Assembly (NCBI GenBank): GCA_964593455.1
Contig: CAZQHK010000006.1
Span: 49,225 to 113,224 of the forward strand
Direction of reading: 5' to 3'
Origin: an uncultured bacterium
GTDB lineage: Bacteria; Muiribacteriota; CAYSPT01
DNA length: 64,000 nt
A program made the translations under genes and the position numbers. Each line of letters begins with the position of its first letter. The first letter of the stretch is position 1. This document shows, in pieces, positions 40,640 to 49,861 of this stretch. Below the pieces are notes generated by a model that ran no database searches, was not told the origin of the DNA, and was given only the letters and a program-made list of their open reading frames with translations.

Positions 40640-40697
40640 GGATATTAGAGTCTAGTTTTAAGACTTTTTCGCAGGTTGCGTAGAAGATTTATGCAGA

Positions 40698-40727
40698 GTC
40701 ATACCCCGGCTCGGCCGGGGTATCCAG
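40698..40727. repeat. REP-like palindrome
   Basis: GTC-ATACCCCGGC-TCG-GCCGGGGTAT-CCAG, 10-bp perfect arms. Confidence 0.7.
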
Positions 40728-41045
40728 GAGTAAGATTAAAGTGCCTTGCATGGTAAGAGTTTAGCATGGTTCTTGGAATGGCCACAGGGCGGGACGAACA
40801 GGTATTGCTACTGGACAATGTCGCGAGATGAGTAGGATCGGACAGACCTCATAGGGACCTCTTTCCACTCCTCTTGCTTTAAAAATCTCAATCTCCTGCT
40901 TGCGTTAAGAATATCTGTGTGGGAAGTGAGGTGTATTGCCCGGACAAGTTCCCACCCACCCTCTATGCGTGAGTGTAGAAAGTAAGGGCGATGACACTTT
41001 TTTGGTTGCGGCCGGCAGGCCGCTTTAAGAGAGGAGGCCCCTGAG

Positions 41046-41363
41046 ATGTACGCTATTATCGAAGAAGGGGGCAAACAGTACCGCGTTTCCGAAAACGAAA
41101 CGATCCAGGTGGAGATGTTGACTCAGGACATTTCTTCTACCTATGAGAATACAAGGGTTCTGCTGGTTAATGACGGTGACAAGCACCATATTGGCAAACC
41201 TTACGTATCCGGAGCGAAAGTCACCGCTACGGTGGTTGGCCATGGAAAAGGCAAAAAGGTCAGAGTCTTCAAGTACAAGCGCAAAACCGCTTACCGGCGG
41301 CTGCGTGGGCATCGGCAGCCTTATACCGAACTGAAGATCGAAAAGATCGAACTTACGGCCTGA
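41046..41363 (+). CDS. rplU: 50S ribosomal protein L21
   Basis: MYAIIEEGGKQYRV...GHRQPYT. Confidence 0.97.
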   Translation: MYAIIEEGGKQYRVSENETIQVEMLTQDISSTYENTRVLLVNDGDKHHIGKPYVSGAKVTATVVGHGKGKKVRVFKYKRKTAYRRLRGHRQPYTELKIEKIELTA

Positions 41364-41376
41364 TCGGGTAACCGTT

Positions 41377-41838
41377 ATGGTGGAAGTTACTATCTACCGG
41401 TATGAAGATGGGCGGCCGCGGGGATTCCGGGTATCGGGTCACGCGCGGCCGCCGGTGGAAAAACCGTCGTCCCCTGGGCAATGGCCGGTAGATAATTATT
41501 CGGACCGGGCCTGGCGGACACAGCTGAAAGCCAGCGGAGTGTGTGGCGGCGTGTCGGCTCTGGTGTTACATACGGTCACCGCGTTGAGACACCGGCTCGG
41601 CCTGGAAGTAGAGTATCGAATCGGCCCGGGCGGCACCGTGTGCTGTCTGCCCGATATCGTTCCCGATAATAAAGAGGAACGCGCGGAGTTTCTATTGGAT
41701 GTTATGATAGATTCTATTGAGCGAATGGCCAAAGAATATGGGGATTTCATGCAGGTTACCGATAGCATATCGGTTGACAATACAGCAGGCGCCACGATGG
41801 AGACTTACGAGGAGGAGGTGAAGTCACATGGCGCATAA
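41377..41838 (+). CDS. Ribosomal-processing cysteine protease Prp-like
   Basis: Lies between rplU and rpmA; FRVSGHA and VCGGVSAL catalytic His/Cys motifs. Confidence 0.75.
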   Translation: MVEVTIYRYEDGRPRGFRVSGHARPPVEKPSSPGQWPVDNYSDRAWRTQLKASGVCGGVSALVLHTVTALRHRLGLEVEYRIGPGGTVCCLPDIVPDNKEERAEFLLDVMIDSIERMAKEYGDFMQVTDSISVDNTAGATMETYEEEVKSHGA

Positions 41839-42091
41839 GAAAGGAAAAGGCAGCACCTCAAACGGGCGCGACAGCCATTCAAAGCGATTGGGCGTGAAAC
41901 GCTATGGCGGCCAGTTCGTGAACGCAGGCACAATCCTGATCCGGCAAAGAGGAACAAAGATCCATCCCGGTGAGAACGTGAAGCGGGGCGGTGATGACAC
42001 GTTGTTTGCTACAGCCAGTGGTTACGTTTTGTATAGAAGAGGACTGTCAGGCCGGAAGTTGGTTTCGGTCCTGCCCGAGGCTGCAGCCTGA
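41828..42091 (+). CDS. rpmA: 50S ribosomal protein L27
   Basis: [31 protein letters not shown] and DDTLFA. Confidence 0.97.
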   Translation: MAHKKGKGSTSNGRDSHSKRLGVKRYGGQFVNAGTILIRQRGTKIHPGENVKRGGDDTLFATASGYVLYRRGLSGRKLVSVLPEAAA

Positions 42092-42095
42092 TACA

Positions 42096-42271
42096 CCAGA
42101 ATAATTCACGAATGTTCGTAGCGAGGTGAAGAAAATGGCCGCAGATGCAAGACGCGTGCAGGGAAATGCACGGAGTCGTACCGATTGGTACGATGAGTAC
42201 ATTTTTCAAGCGCAACGCAGTAGGTGTGGTCATTTACGAGCCATAGCAGAAAATTTTGTGAATTATTCGGG
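42096..42271. mobile_element. ~175-bp MITE-like element (second family)
   Basis: Terminal inverted repeats CCAGAATAATTCACGAA / TTTGTGAATTATTCGGG; internal hairpins CGTGCA-n6-TGCACG and TCGTACC-GATT-GGTACGA. Confidence 0.65.
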
Positions 42272-42277
42272 ATAAAC

Positions 42278-43288
42278 ATGCTCGTTGACCAGATAAAGAT
42301 ATTTGTTAAAGCTGGTACGGGCGGGGATGGATGCGTCAGTTTCAGGCGGGAAAAGTATATACCCAGGGGAGGCCCTAACGGAGGAGACGGCGGTAACGGC
42401 GGCGACGTCGTACTGGTTGCATCTTCCAATGTGCACTCCCTTTTTCATTTCAAGAGAAAACGCCACTTCCACGCCGCCCGCGGCTGGCACGGGTCCGGAA
42501 AGGACAGGACCGGGCGTGACGGTAAGGGACGTGAAGTGCCGGTGCCACCGGGTACCGAAGTAATCGACCGTGACACGGGCGAGCGTCTGGGCGAACTGCT
42601 GGTGGTAGGAGACTGTTTTCTAGTGGCGCGTGGGGGGCGTGGAGGCAAGGGTAATGCCCGGTTTGCCACTCCCACCCTGCAGGCTCCGCGGATTTTCGAG
42701 CCGGGAGAACCCGGCGAGGAACGGTGGTTGGTGTTGACGCTCCGTCTGCGTTCCGATGCCGGCCTGATAGGTTTTCCCAGTGCTGGAAAATCAACGCTCA
42801 TATCAAAGGTATCTTCCGCCTCACCAAAGATTGCCGACTACCCCTTTACTACTTTGGAACCGTTTCTCGGAGTGGTTCCGCTTCCCGGGGAGCGGTCGAT
42901 GATTTTGGCTGATGTGCCCGGTTTGATAGAGGGAGCGCATGCGGGAAGTGGTCTCGGCGACCGGTTTTTACGGCATATAGAGCATACACGGGTGCTGGTG
43001 CATCTGATTGATGTCTCTCCTTTTTCCGATCGCGATCCGGTATCTGATTTGGGCGTTATCAATCGAGAGATAGAGCAGTACAATCCGTCCCTGCTGGAAA
43101 AACCCCAGATAGTGGTTGCCAACAAGATAGATCTTCCGGGAGCATCGGAACGGGTGAAACTCCTGGATGACCATCTTCCCGGTCAGAGAGTGTTTCGGAT
43201 TTCCGCCCTTACCGGTCAGGGCCTGGATGAACTTTTGGAGCACATCTGGACACAGCTTGCCCGCTTGGATAATTCGGCTTCGGTTTGA
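42278..43288 (+). CDS. obgE: GTPase ObgE/CgtA (no C-terminal OCT domain)
   Basis: Gly-rich Obg fold (SFRREKYIP.GGP.GGDGG.GG), GFPSAGKS, YPFTT, DVPG and NKID. Confidence 0.95.
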   Translation: MLVDQIKIFVKAGTGGDGCVSFRREKYIPRGGPNGGDGGNGGDVVLVASSNVHSLFHFKRKRHFHAARGWHGSGKDRTGRDGKGREVPVPPGTEVIDRDTGERLGELLVVGDCFLVARGGRGGKGNARFATPTLQAPRIFEPGEPGEERWLVLTLRLRSDAGLIGFPSAGKSTLISKVSSASPKIADYPFTTLEPFLGVVPLPGERSMILADVPGLIEGAHAGSGLGDRFLRHIEHTRVLVHLIDVSPFSDRDPVSDLGVINREIEQYNPSLLEKPQIVVANKIDLPGASERVKLLDDHLPGQRVFRISALTGQGLDELLEHIWTQLARLDNSASV

Positions 43289-43301
43289 AAGGCGGTACCT
43301 T

Positions 43302-43922
43302 ATGAAGTGTATTGGTATATTGGGAGGGACCTTTGATCCGATCCACATCGGTCATCTCATGATGGCCGAGGAAGCAGCTGCCGCGCTTGATCTGGACAGG
43401 GTTTTCTTTATTCCCAACAGACAGCCTCCCCATAAGGATGAAGAGGGAGTTACGCCGCCTGATGACCGGTATCTGATGACCCTAAAAGCAACGGCCGGTA
43501 ATGAGTTGTTCCATGTATCGAGAATCGAGCTGGAACGGGAAGGACCTTCTTTCACTATCGATACGGTTCTCGATATCAAAGAGAAAATTCAAGACGGTTC
43601 AGAGTTGAATATCAGTGAAAAAACAAAGATTTTTCTTATCATCGGGATGGATAGCCTGCTCGATCTGAAAAACTGGAAAGATCCTCAAAAACTCGTTAGT
43701 GAAGTCATATTGGCAGTGGCTCCGCGTCCCGGTTGCTCGAATGACTCCATCCCCGGTTGGCTGCTGGAGAAAACGGTTTTCCTTCCGATGCCGGCTATTG
43801 ACTTGTCTTCCTCGCGGATACGACAGCGGGTCAGGTGCGGAAAACCCATCCGTTATCTGGTACCGCCTTCGGTTGAGGAGTATATAAAAACAAAGGGTTT
43901 ATACCGCCCGGCATCGGAATGA
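43302..43922 (+). CDS. nadD: Nicotinate-nucleotide adenylyltransferase
   Basis: GGTFDPIHIGH, PPHK, SFTIDT, IIGMD and SSSRIR. Confidence 0.93.
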   Translation: MKCIGILGGTFDPIHIGHLMMAEEAAAALDLDRVFFIPNRQPPHKDEEGVTPPDDRYLMTLKATAGNELFHVSRIELEREGPSFTIDTVLDIKEKIQDGSELNISEKTKIFLIIGMDSLLDLKNWKDPQKLVSEVILAVAPRPGCSNDSIPGWLLEKTVFLPMPAIDLSSSRIRQRVRCGKPIRYLVPPSVEEYIKTKGLYRPASE

Positions 43923-44059
43923 AGAAAACCTCCCGAGCGGTTGATTTTTCCTCCTTTAAAGGTGTGGTATTATTGAAGCATGACCATAGATTCAGAACCG
44001 CTTAGGCCCCGTGTACAGTATGAAAAAGGTATATCACGAGTAATGAAAATCGATCCCTG

Positions 44060-44965
44060 ATGCCGGAACCTCTGAATAACAATAAAAAACCAATCATTAT
44101 CGTTGTTCTGGTGCTGCTGGTGGCAAGCTTGTATCTGTACGGACGGATAGCGGTTTACCCGGACTTGAAAAAGCGTCCGTTTGAGGGGCTCTTGTATCCT
44201 AACTACGTGTTTCTCCTGCTGGGAGTCGATCATCGGTTCGGTTCGGTGAGATCGGACACCATGCTGCTGGTTCACGCTGACAGTATCAAGCAATTTGTTG
44301 ATGTAGTTTCTCTTCCCCGGGACACCAGGGCCCTTATTTCCGGGCACGGGTTTGCCAAACTCGGGCATGCTTTCGCGTATGGGGGCATCAAATTGGCCCG
44401 GCAGACGGTTGAGGATATGATTGGTGTAAAGATCGATCATACGGTGACGGTTAACATCAACGGATTCGAGGAGATCGTCGATTTGCTTGGTGGGGTGACC
44501 ATCGAGATAGAAGAAGACATGCAGTATGAAGACCGGGCACAGGGTTTGAGGATCGATCTCAAAAAAGGCAGTAGCCATCTATCCGGGCCGGAAGCGATGC
44601 AGTATGTCCGGTTTCGCGAAAAGAAATTTGGCGACCTCGGACGTCTTAAACGCCAGCAAAAGTTTCTGGCTAAAATGAAAAAAAAGTTGCAAACACCGCT
44701 TCATCTCGCGACATTGACTAAACTGCTGCAGACTATCCTATCCTATGTAGAGACAGATGTTTCTCTGCCCACACTTCTCTGCCTGGTGCTGCGTTTTCGC
44801 ACCATCGATCGGTCAAATATCCGGTTTTGCACTCTTGGCGGAACACCGGACTATCAAAACGGAGTCAGTTATTTTATCCCTAACAGCAGGGATATTTTCC
44901 GTTTACGTCACTTGATCAAGGTCTCAGGGAGGGGAAAATGGTATCTTCTCGTCAACGAAGAGTAG
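44060..44965 (+). CDS. LytR-CpsA-Psr (LCP) family protein
   Basis: N-terminal TM; LLLGVD, RSDTMLL, SLPRDT, YVRFR and DLGR..RQQ. Confidence 0.9.
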   Translation: MPEPLNNNKKPIIIVVLVLLVASLYLYGRIAVYPDLKKRPFEGLLYPNYVFLLLGVDHRFGSVRSDTMLLVHADSIKQFVDVVSLPRDTRALISGHGFAKLGHAFAYGGIKLARQTVEDMIGVKIDHTVTVNINGFEEIVDLLGGVTIEIEEDMQYEDRAQGLRIDLKKGSSHLSGPEAMQYVRFREKKFGDLGRLKRQQKFLAKMKKKLQTPLHLATLTKLLQTILSYVETDVSLPTLLCLVLRFRTIDRSNIRFCTLGGTPDYQNGVSYFIPNSRDIFRLRHLIKVSGRGKWYLLVNEE

Positions 44966-47490
44966 CCGCTCGGACCTCTGGATCTTCCTTTGATACCGCG
45001 GTTATAGTACGTCTGATCTTATATACTGCATGCCTGTTGGTCTCGTTGTTTTTCTGGCGCGATACCCGGTCGAGTTTTCTCATCCCCAAAGCGGTAATAG
45101 CTATCAACCTGGCTATCATCGGAGCGTCAGTTTGGCTGGTTTTGTGGTCCTACGGTTTTCTGAAATTGCCCCACACAAAGTTGACCGGCCCGCTGTTTGC
45201 GCTCCTGGGAGTGTTCTTACTTTCAATCCCCGGCTGTGTCTCCCTGCCTGATGCAATGGAAGCGCTCTCGCGGGTATTTGCCTATGTTGCTTTATTTTAT
45301 CTGACGGTGTCGGTTATACGTAAAGGGGAACAGGTCAGACTAATCTATCTGTTGCTGGTTTTTGCCGGCACCACAGCCTCCTGCCTTGCCATTATGGAGT
45401 ACCACGGTATCAGGATCTGGGATTGGTCGGAGAAAGTCGGTCGTCTAAGTATTATTTCAACCTTTGGAAATCCCAATTACCTGGCCGGTTTCCTGGTGGC
45501 GGTCATACCGCTCGGGTTATCAATGGTTCTCCATAAAATTAAAGGATTTCTGCTACAACCGCTCAATTCCGGGTGTTTGATTATGCTCTCATGCGTGGTA
45601 ATTACCCAGACCAGGGGGTCCTGGCTAGCGCTGGCGGTGGCTATCCCGGCGTTAGTCATTCTCATGCTTCAGAGTGCCGTCGGCCAATGGTTTCGTGAAC
45701 ATATCGGCCCTCTGCTGGCCTTCATGTTGATTGGATTTGTTCTCCTGACGGCTGTTGTTGTGATTTTCGGTCCGGGAGAGCTCAGCGTTGATCGTTTGTT
45801 TTCCGGGCACAACATTATCCAGCGGTTTCTGGTCTGGCAAGTTACTTTGAACATGGTGCGCGATTATCCTTTGTTTGGAGTTGGTTTGGGTAACTTCAAA
45901 GTGCACTATATGCAGTATCAGGCTGATTTCTTGGAAGATCCGGCTAACAAGCGGTATATCCCATTTAATGGGAAGGCGGTGCAATCCCATAATGACTATC
46001 TCCAACTACTGGCGGAAACCGGTCTTTTTGGGGTGCTTGTTCTGGGATGGGTCTTGTATCGGCTTATGCGGATTTTTCTCCCGCTTCTGTCGGTTCAATC
46101 ACCAGCCGGCGATGAAACATTCTACCTGGCGGGGGCGGCCGCCTCACTGATAGGGGTTGCCACCCATGCTGTGGTCAGTTTTCCGCTTCATCTACCGGCG
46201 ACTTCCCTGGTGGTCTGCCTGGTGGCCGGAATCGCCGCCGGTTGGGGAAGCAGGATCTTTTTAGGCAAGGGTTCTACCGGCTCTGATACCGAAGATTCCT
46301 ATCGTTCAAAACCCCCGTTTGACGGGACTCAAATAATCATAATAGTGTTCGTTTCTATCGTTGCAGTCATTGGTATTTTCAAGATTAACGGTACCTGGGT
46401 AGCATATACCTTCTGGAAAGACGGGCTCGGTGCCCTGGGAGAAAAGGAACTTTCCCAGCAGGAGCGGTATATAAGCGCTGCCGAACTATGTGCCAGAGCA
46501 TTGAAATTCGCTCCCAATAACGGTGCTATACGAGCTAATTACGCGGATTTTATTGCCCGGAGTGTCGAGCACCTGCCGCTGGAAGATGCACGCCCGGCAC
46601 TTGAACAGGCCATCAGGGAGTATGAAAAATCGGCCCGCAACTATATGAAACGAGAATTGTATAACGATATAGGAAATGTGTATATGCGTCTTCAGGACTT
46701 TGAAAATGCAGAAAAAGCTTATAAAAAGGGAGTACGAATAGATCCTACCTACAACCTGGTGAAGAAAAACCTCGGTAATTTTTATTTGAAGACCCAACAG
46801 TACGACAAAGCCGAGAAATACTTTTCAGATGCCCTCGAACTCTACCATAAACAACCGGTTGTCTGGTTGAATGTCGGACTTATCAGGCAGCAATCGGGGA
46901 GATTGAGCGAAGCCGCCGTGGCCTTCCAGAATGCGTCCCGATTATCACCGGCCAATCCGAAGCCGCTTTACTTTCTGGCCCAAATTGAGGAAGGACAGGG
47001 GCAGTTTACCGCCGCCGCCGAACACTACCGCACGTCGCTGATTATGTCGGAACGTCGCCTGACAGAATCCGGATATGATGCAGAAAAAGATCCCCTCCTG
47101 ATGACGATACGACACCGGATGGGAGTCATGCTCGGGCGGACGAACCGTCTGGAAGAATCAGTGGAAGCTTTGAAAGCAGCCAGAGCAATGAAGCCCGACA
47201 ATGAGTCCATCCTTTGTGATCTGGGTGTCGCTCTGGGCCAGAAGGGTGCTTTAACTGAAGCCGTTACGGTTTTCGAGGAGGGTCTGGAGTATAATCCCGC
47301 GTCTTCGAGTCTGCTTCTCAACCTGGGGATCGCCTATATGAGACTGATGCGCTTCAGCCGGGCCCGGCGCATCCTTGAACGGCTAATAGACAGCCGGCCG
47401 CAGTCACGTAGTGCTGCTACCGCCAGGCAGATGCTCGAAGATTTAGACCAGACAATGGAAAAGAAGCAAACAATTAATCTCAATGACTGA
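44938..47490 (+). CDS. O-antigen ligase/Wzy_C-family membrane protein with C-terminal TPRs
   Basis: STFGNPNYLAG, TQTRGSW, PLFGVGLGNF and SHNDYLQ..AETG, followed by multiple TPRs. Confidence 0.88.
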   Translation: MVSSRQRRVAARTSGSSFDTAVIVRLILYTACLLVSLFFWRDTRSSFLIPKAVIAINLAIIGASVWLVLWSYGFLKLPHTKLTGPLFALLGVFLLSIPGCVSLPDAMEALSRVFAYVALFYLTVSVIRKGEQVRLIYLLLVFAGTTASCLAIMEYHGIRIWDWSEKVGRLSIISTFGNPNYLAGFLVAVIPLGLSMVLHKIKGFLLQPLNSGCLIMLSCVVITQTRGSWLALAVAIPALVILMLQSAVGQWFREHIGPLLAFMLIGFVLLTAVVVIFGPGELSVDRLFSGHNIIQRFLVWQVTLNMVRDYPLFGVGLGNFKVHYMQYQADFLEDPANKRYIPFNGKAVQSHNDYLQLLAETGLFGVLVLGWVLYRLMRIFLPLLSVQSPAGDETFYLAGAAASLIGVATHAVVSFPLHLPATSLVVCLVAGIAAGWGSRIFLGKGSTGSDTEDSYRSKPPFDGTQIIIIVFVSIVAVIGIFKINGTWVAYTFWKDGLGALGEKELSQQERYISAAELCARALKFAPNNGAIRANYADFIARSVEHLPLEDARPALEQAIREYEKSARNYMKRELYNDIGNVYMRLQDFENAEKAYKKGVRIDPTYNLVKKNLGNFYLKTQQYDKAEKYFSDALELYHKQPVVWLNVGLIRQQSGRLSEAAVAFQNASRLSPANPKPLYFLAQIEEGQGQFTAAAEHYRTSLIMSERRLTESGYDAEKDPLLMTIRHRMGVMLGRTNRLEESVEALKAARAMKPDNESILCDLGVALGQKGALTEAVTVFEEGLEYNPASSSLLLNLGIAYMRLMRFSRARRILERLIDSRPQSRSAATARQMLEDLDQTMEKKQTINLND

Positions 47491-48616
47491 CAATAGGACC
47501 CCTCCTTTTTTCAGGATTACAGCCAGGCAGTCGTCCACGGGCTCTAAAGCCCGCCGAGGAATAGTAAATCTCGGACGGTTTGAACTGGAAACCCCGGTGT
47601 TCATGCCGGTGGGTACTGCCGGTGCTATAAAGGCGGTAAGGCCGTATGACCTGGAAACCATGGGGTATCAAATGATCTTGTGCAATACCTATCACCTCTG
47701 GATGCGGCCAGGTCATGAAGTGGTGAGTTCCATGGGTGGTCTCCACCGTTTTATCGGGTGGCCGGCGGGAATCCTGACCGACAGCGGCGGATACCAGATA
47801 TTCAGCTTAAAAGGACTGACCAGGATCGATGACGAAGGAGTAACATTTTCGTCACATCTCGATGGCAGCAGGCACCTGCTGACACCGGAGAAAGCGGTCG
47901 GAATCCAGAAAGCGCTGGGAAGTGATATTATCATGTGTCTCGATGAATGCATTGCATTTCCGGCGGAAGAAACCATGGTCCGTCTGGCCCGGGAGCGAAC
48001 CACCCGCTGGGCGAAAAGGTGTTTTCAGACCTGGAAGGAAGTGGGAGGAGGGGCCTTGTTCGGTATTGTTCAGGGAGGAATGGTTACTGAGGAGCGGTTG
48101 CGTTCGCTGGAGGAGATAGTCGAAATCGGGTTTCCCGGTTTGGCTATCGGTGGTTTGAGCGTTGGGGAGCCCAGGGATTTGATGTATTCTACACTGGAAA
48201 CTCTGGCGCCTCACATGCCTGAAGAGCTTCCTCATTATCTGATGGGGGTTGGAGAACCGGTTGATATACTGTATGCGGTTGACTGCGGGATAGATATGTT
48301 TGATTGTGTACTCCCGACCAGGTTGGGACGGCATGGTTCGCTCTATACGCCGGAGGGCAGGATCAACATTGTCCGGAAAGAATATGCTACCGATGATCGT
48401 CCCGTGTGGCCCGGATGCGATTGCCTGCTCTGCCGTAAATTCAGCCGGGGTTATTTGAGGCACCTGCTCAAAGCGCGGGAAGTACTCGGGCTGACCCTGG
48501 GCAGTCTACACAACCTGAGGTTTTTCAGCCGTTTCATGGCCGATATCAGAGACGCTATATCAAACGGGATATTTGATACGTTCCGGGATAATTTTCTCGA
48601 AAAATATCGAGGTTAA
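47483..48616 (+). CDS. tgt: tRNA-guanine transglycosylase
   Basis: TPVFMPVGT, NTYHL, TDSGGYQ, GGLSVGE, DMFDCVLPTR and Zn-binding CDC..C...H. Confidence 0.95.
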   Translation: MTDNRTPPFFRITARQSSTGSKARRGIVNLGRFELETPVFMPVGTAGAIKAVRPYDLETMGYQMILCNTYHLWMRPGHEVVSSMGGLHRFIGWPAGILTDSGGYQIFSLKGLTRIDDEGVTFSSHLDGSRHLLTPEKAVGIQKALGSDIIMCLDECIAFPAEETMVRLARERTTRWAKRCFQTWKEVGGGALFGIVQGGMVTEERLRSLEEIVEIGFPGLAIGGLSVGEPRDLMYSTLETLAPHMPEELPHYLMGVGEPVDILYAVDCGIDMFDCVLPTRLGRHGSLYTPEGRINIVRKEYATDDRPVWPGCDCLLCRKFSRGYLRHLLKAREVLGLTLGSLHNLRFFSRFMADIRDAISNGIFDTFRDNFLEKYRG

Positions 48617-48708
48617 GAGTCAGCTTTGAATCAAAATTAGTGTTATTATAGGTAGATGTGAAAGTTTGAGATTCAAATGTCGCAGGAAAGTGTAGAAAGT
48701 GAGGTGTA

Positions 48709-49254
48709 ATGATGGAAGATAGACCTTCTGCTGCTGTATATTTAAAAGCCGGAAAAAGATTTTTTCAAGAGAAGAACTATGGGGAAGCTATCTTGAAGTT
48801 CCGTAAATTGATCATCGAGTATCCCGACAGTGACCTGGCTGACAATGCTCATTATAACCTGGGTGTTATCTATTCAAAACAGGGCGACTATTCAAAATCG
48901 TTTGTTGAATACAAAACGATACTCGAACGATATCCTGACAGCGACGCCGCCGTTTGGGCGCCGGACATGATCGAAGAACTCAAAGAGAAGATCGATCCGT
49001 CCGCTCCGCTTTTCTACAAATCCCAAGAGCTCTATCGGAGCAAACGGCACGTGGAGGCGGAAGAGGTGCTCAATGAGATGCTGGAACAGTATCCCGACAG
49101 CGACCTGGCTGATAATGCCCACTTCAGCCTGGGGATGATCCGACTGGCCCAGGGAAGAAAAGAAGAAGCTCTGTCGGAGTTTCAGATAGTCAAAGAAAAG
49201 TATGCCGGGACCGATGCCGCTCAACTGGTGCCCGACATACTGGCCGGTATCTGA
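48709..49254 (+). CDS. TPR protein made of two tandem YbgF/BamD-like halves
   Basis: Duplicated YPDSDLADNAH(Y/F)xLG motif. Confidence 0.75.
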   Translation: MMEDRPSAAVYLKAGKRFFQEKNYGEAILKFRKLIIEYPDSDLADNAHYNLGVIYSKQGDYSKSFVEYKTILERYPDSDAAVWAPDMIEELKEKIDPSAPLFYKSQELYRSKRHVEAEEVLNEMLEQYPDSDLADNAHFSLGMIRLAQGRKEEALSEFQIVKEKYAGTDAAQLVPDILAGI

Positions 49255-49270
49255 TGGGTGAGATAAGGCT

Positions 49271-49861
49271 TTGAAGTTTTACAGCTATCCTGAACCTCTT
49301 GCATATACGGGAGAACAGCTCCGGCCTCACTTTGCACTGGAAACCTTTAAGGTTTCAGGTGATTCTATTGTCTGTTTCAGGGGCCGGTGCGATGTCGCCG
49401 GGTCCCGGTTGGTAGACCTGGAAGACCGCCAAGCCGGAGAAACCATTGAAGCGGCGGAGATGCTTCACATCGTGGTGGAACATTTTGGTGTTTCTCTGGA
49501 GAATATAGTCTTGCGTCAGAGACTTTTGGTAGCGCTGACCGCTGAACTGATATACGAATTCCTGGCGAGAAATTATTCTGAGACATCACTGTGCGATGTT
49601 CGTCGCAGCGGAGATGACATATTCGTTCTGGGAAGAAAAGCCACGGTATCTATTGCCTCGGTATCACCCGTTTCCGGGATGATCCATCTCGGGGTTAACA
49701 TAGACCCCGAAGGCGCTTCTGTCGCAGCCTGGGGATTGGAGCAGGGGGGAGTTGACCCGGATGAATTTGCTTCCGCGCTGGGAGAAGCATACGTGGCTGA
49801 AATAGAAGGCGTTGCTCATGCCGTATCAAAAGTTCTGCCGCTATCTCCGGCGAAATCGTAA
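49271..49861 (+). CDS. DUF366 family protein
   Basis: YTGEQLRPH, GDSIVCFRG.CDV, LVDLED, MLHIVVEHF, LRQRLL, GDDI, SIA and IHLGVNI. Confidence 0.8.
   Translation: MKFYSYPEPLAYTGEQLRPHFALETFKVSGDSIVCFRGRCDVAGSRLVDLEDRQAGETIEAAEMLHIVVEHFGVSLENIVLRQRLLVALTAELIYEFLARNYSETSLCDVRRSGDDIFVLGRKATVSIASVSPVSGMIHLGVNIDPEGASVAAWGLEQGGVDPDEFASALGEAYVAEIEGVAHAVSKVLPLSPAKS

Larger units (their letters stand above)
40086..40655 (+). pseudogene. Truncated citrate synthase/citryl-CoA lyase-like protein
   Basis: CGYDLFKDLVGKVSW..FYLLL.GRLP and YPDPRIW resemble citrate-synthase-like N-termini. Similarity appears to end near 40500, and the ORF tail runs through a promoter and palindromes. Confidence 0.5.

Noticed and set aside
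42224-42277. N-terminal extensions in the ORF track for ObgE, NadD, DUF1015, HD, STAS and the 58390 protein
   Set aside because: Downstream starts match family N-termini and/or have better RBSs; the ObgE extension lies within the miniature element.
48709-49254. DNA-level repeat within the TPR gene as a mobile or diversity-generating element
   Set aside because: It is an ordinary intragenic domain duplication with mainly synonymous differences, and no reverse transcriptase is present.
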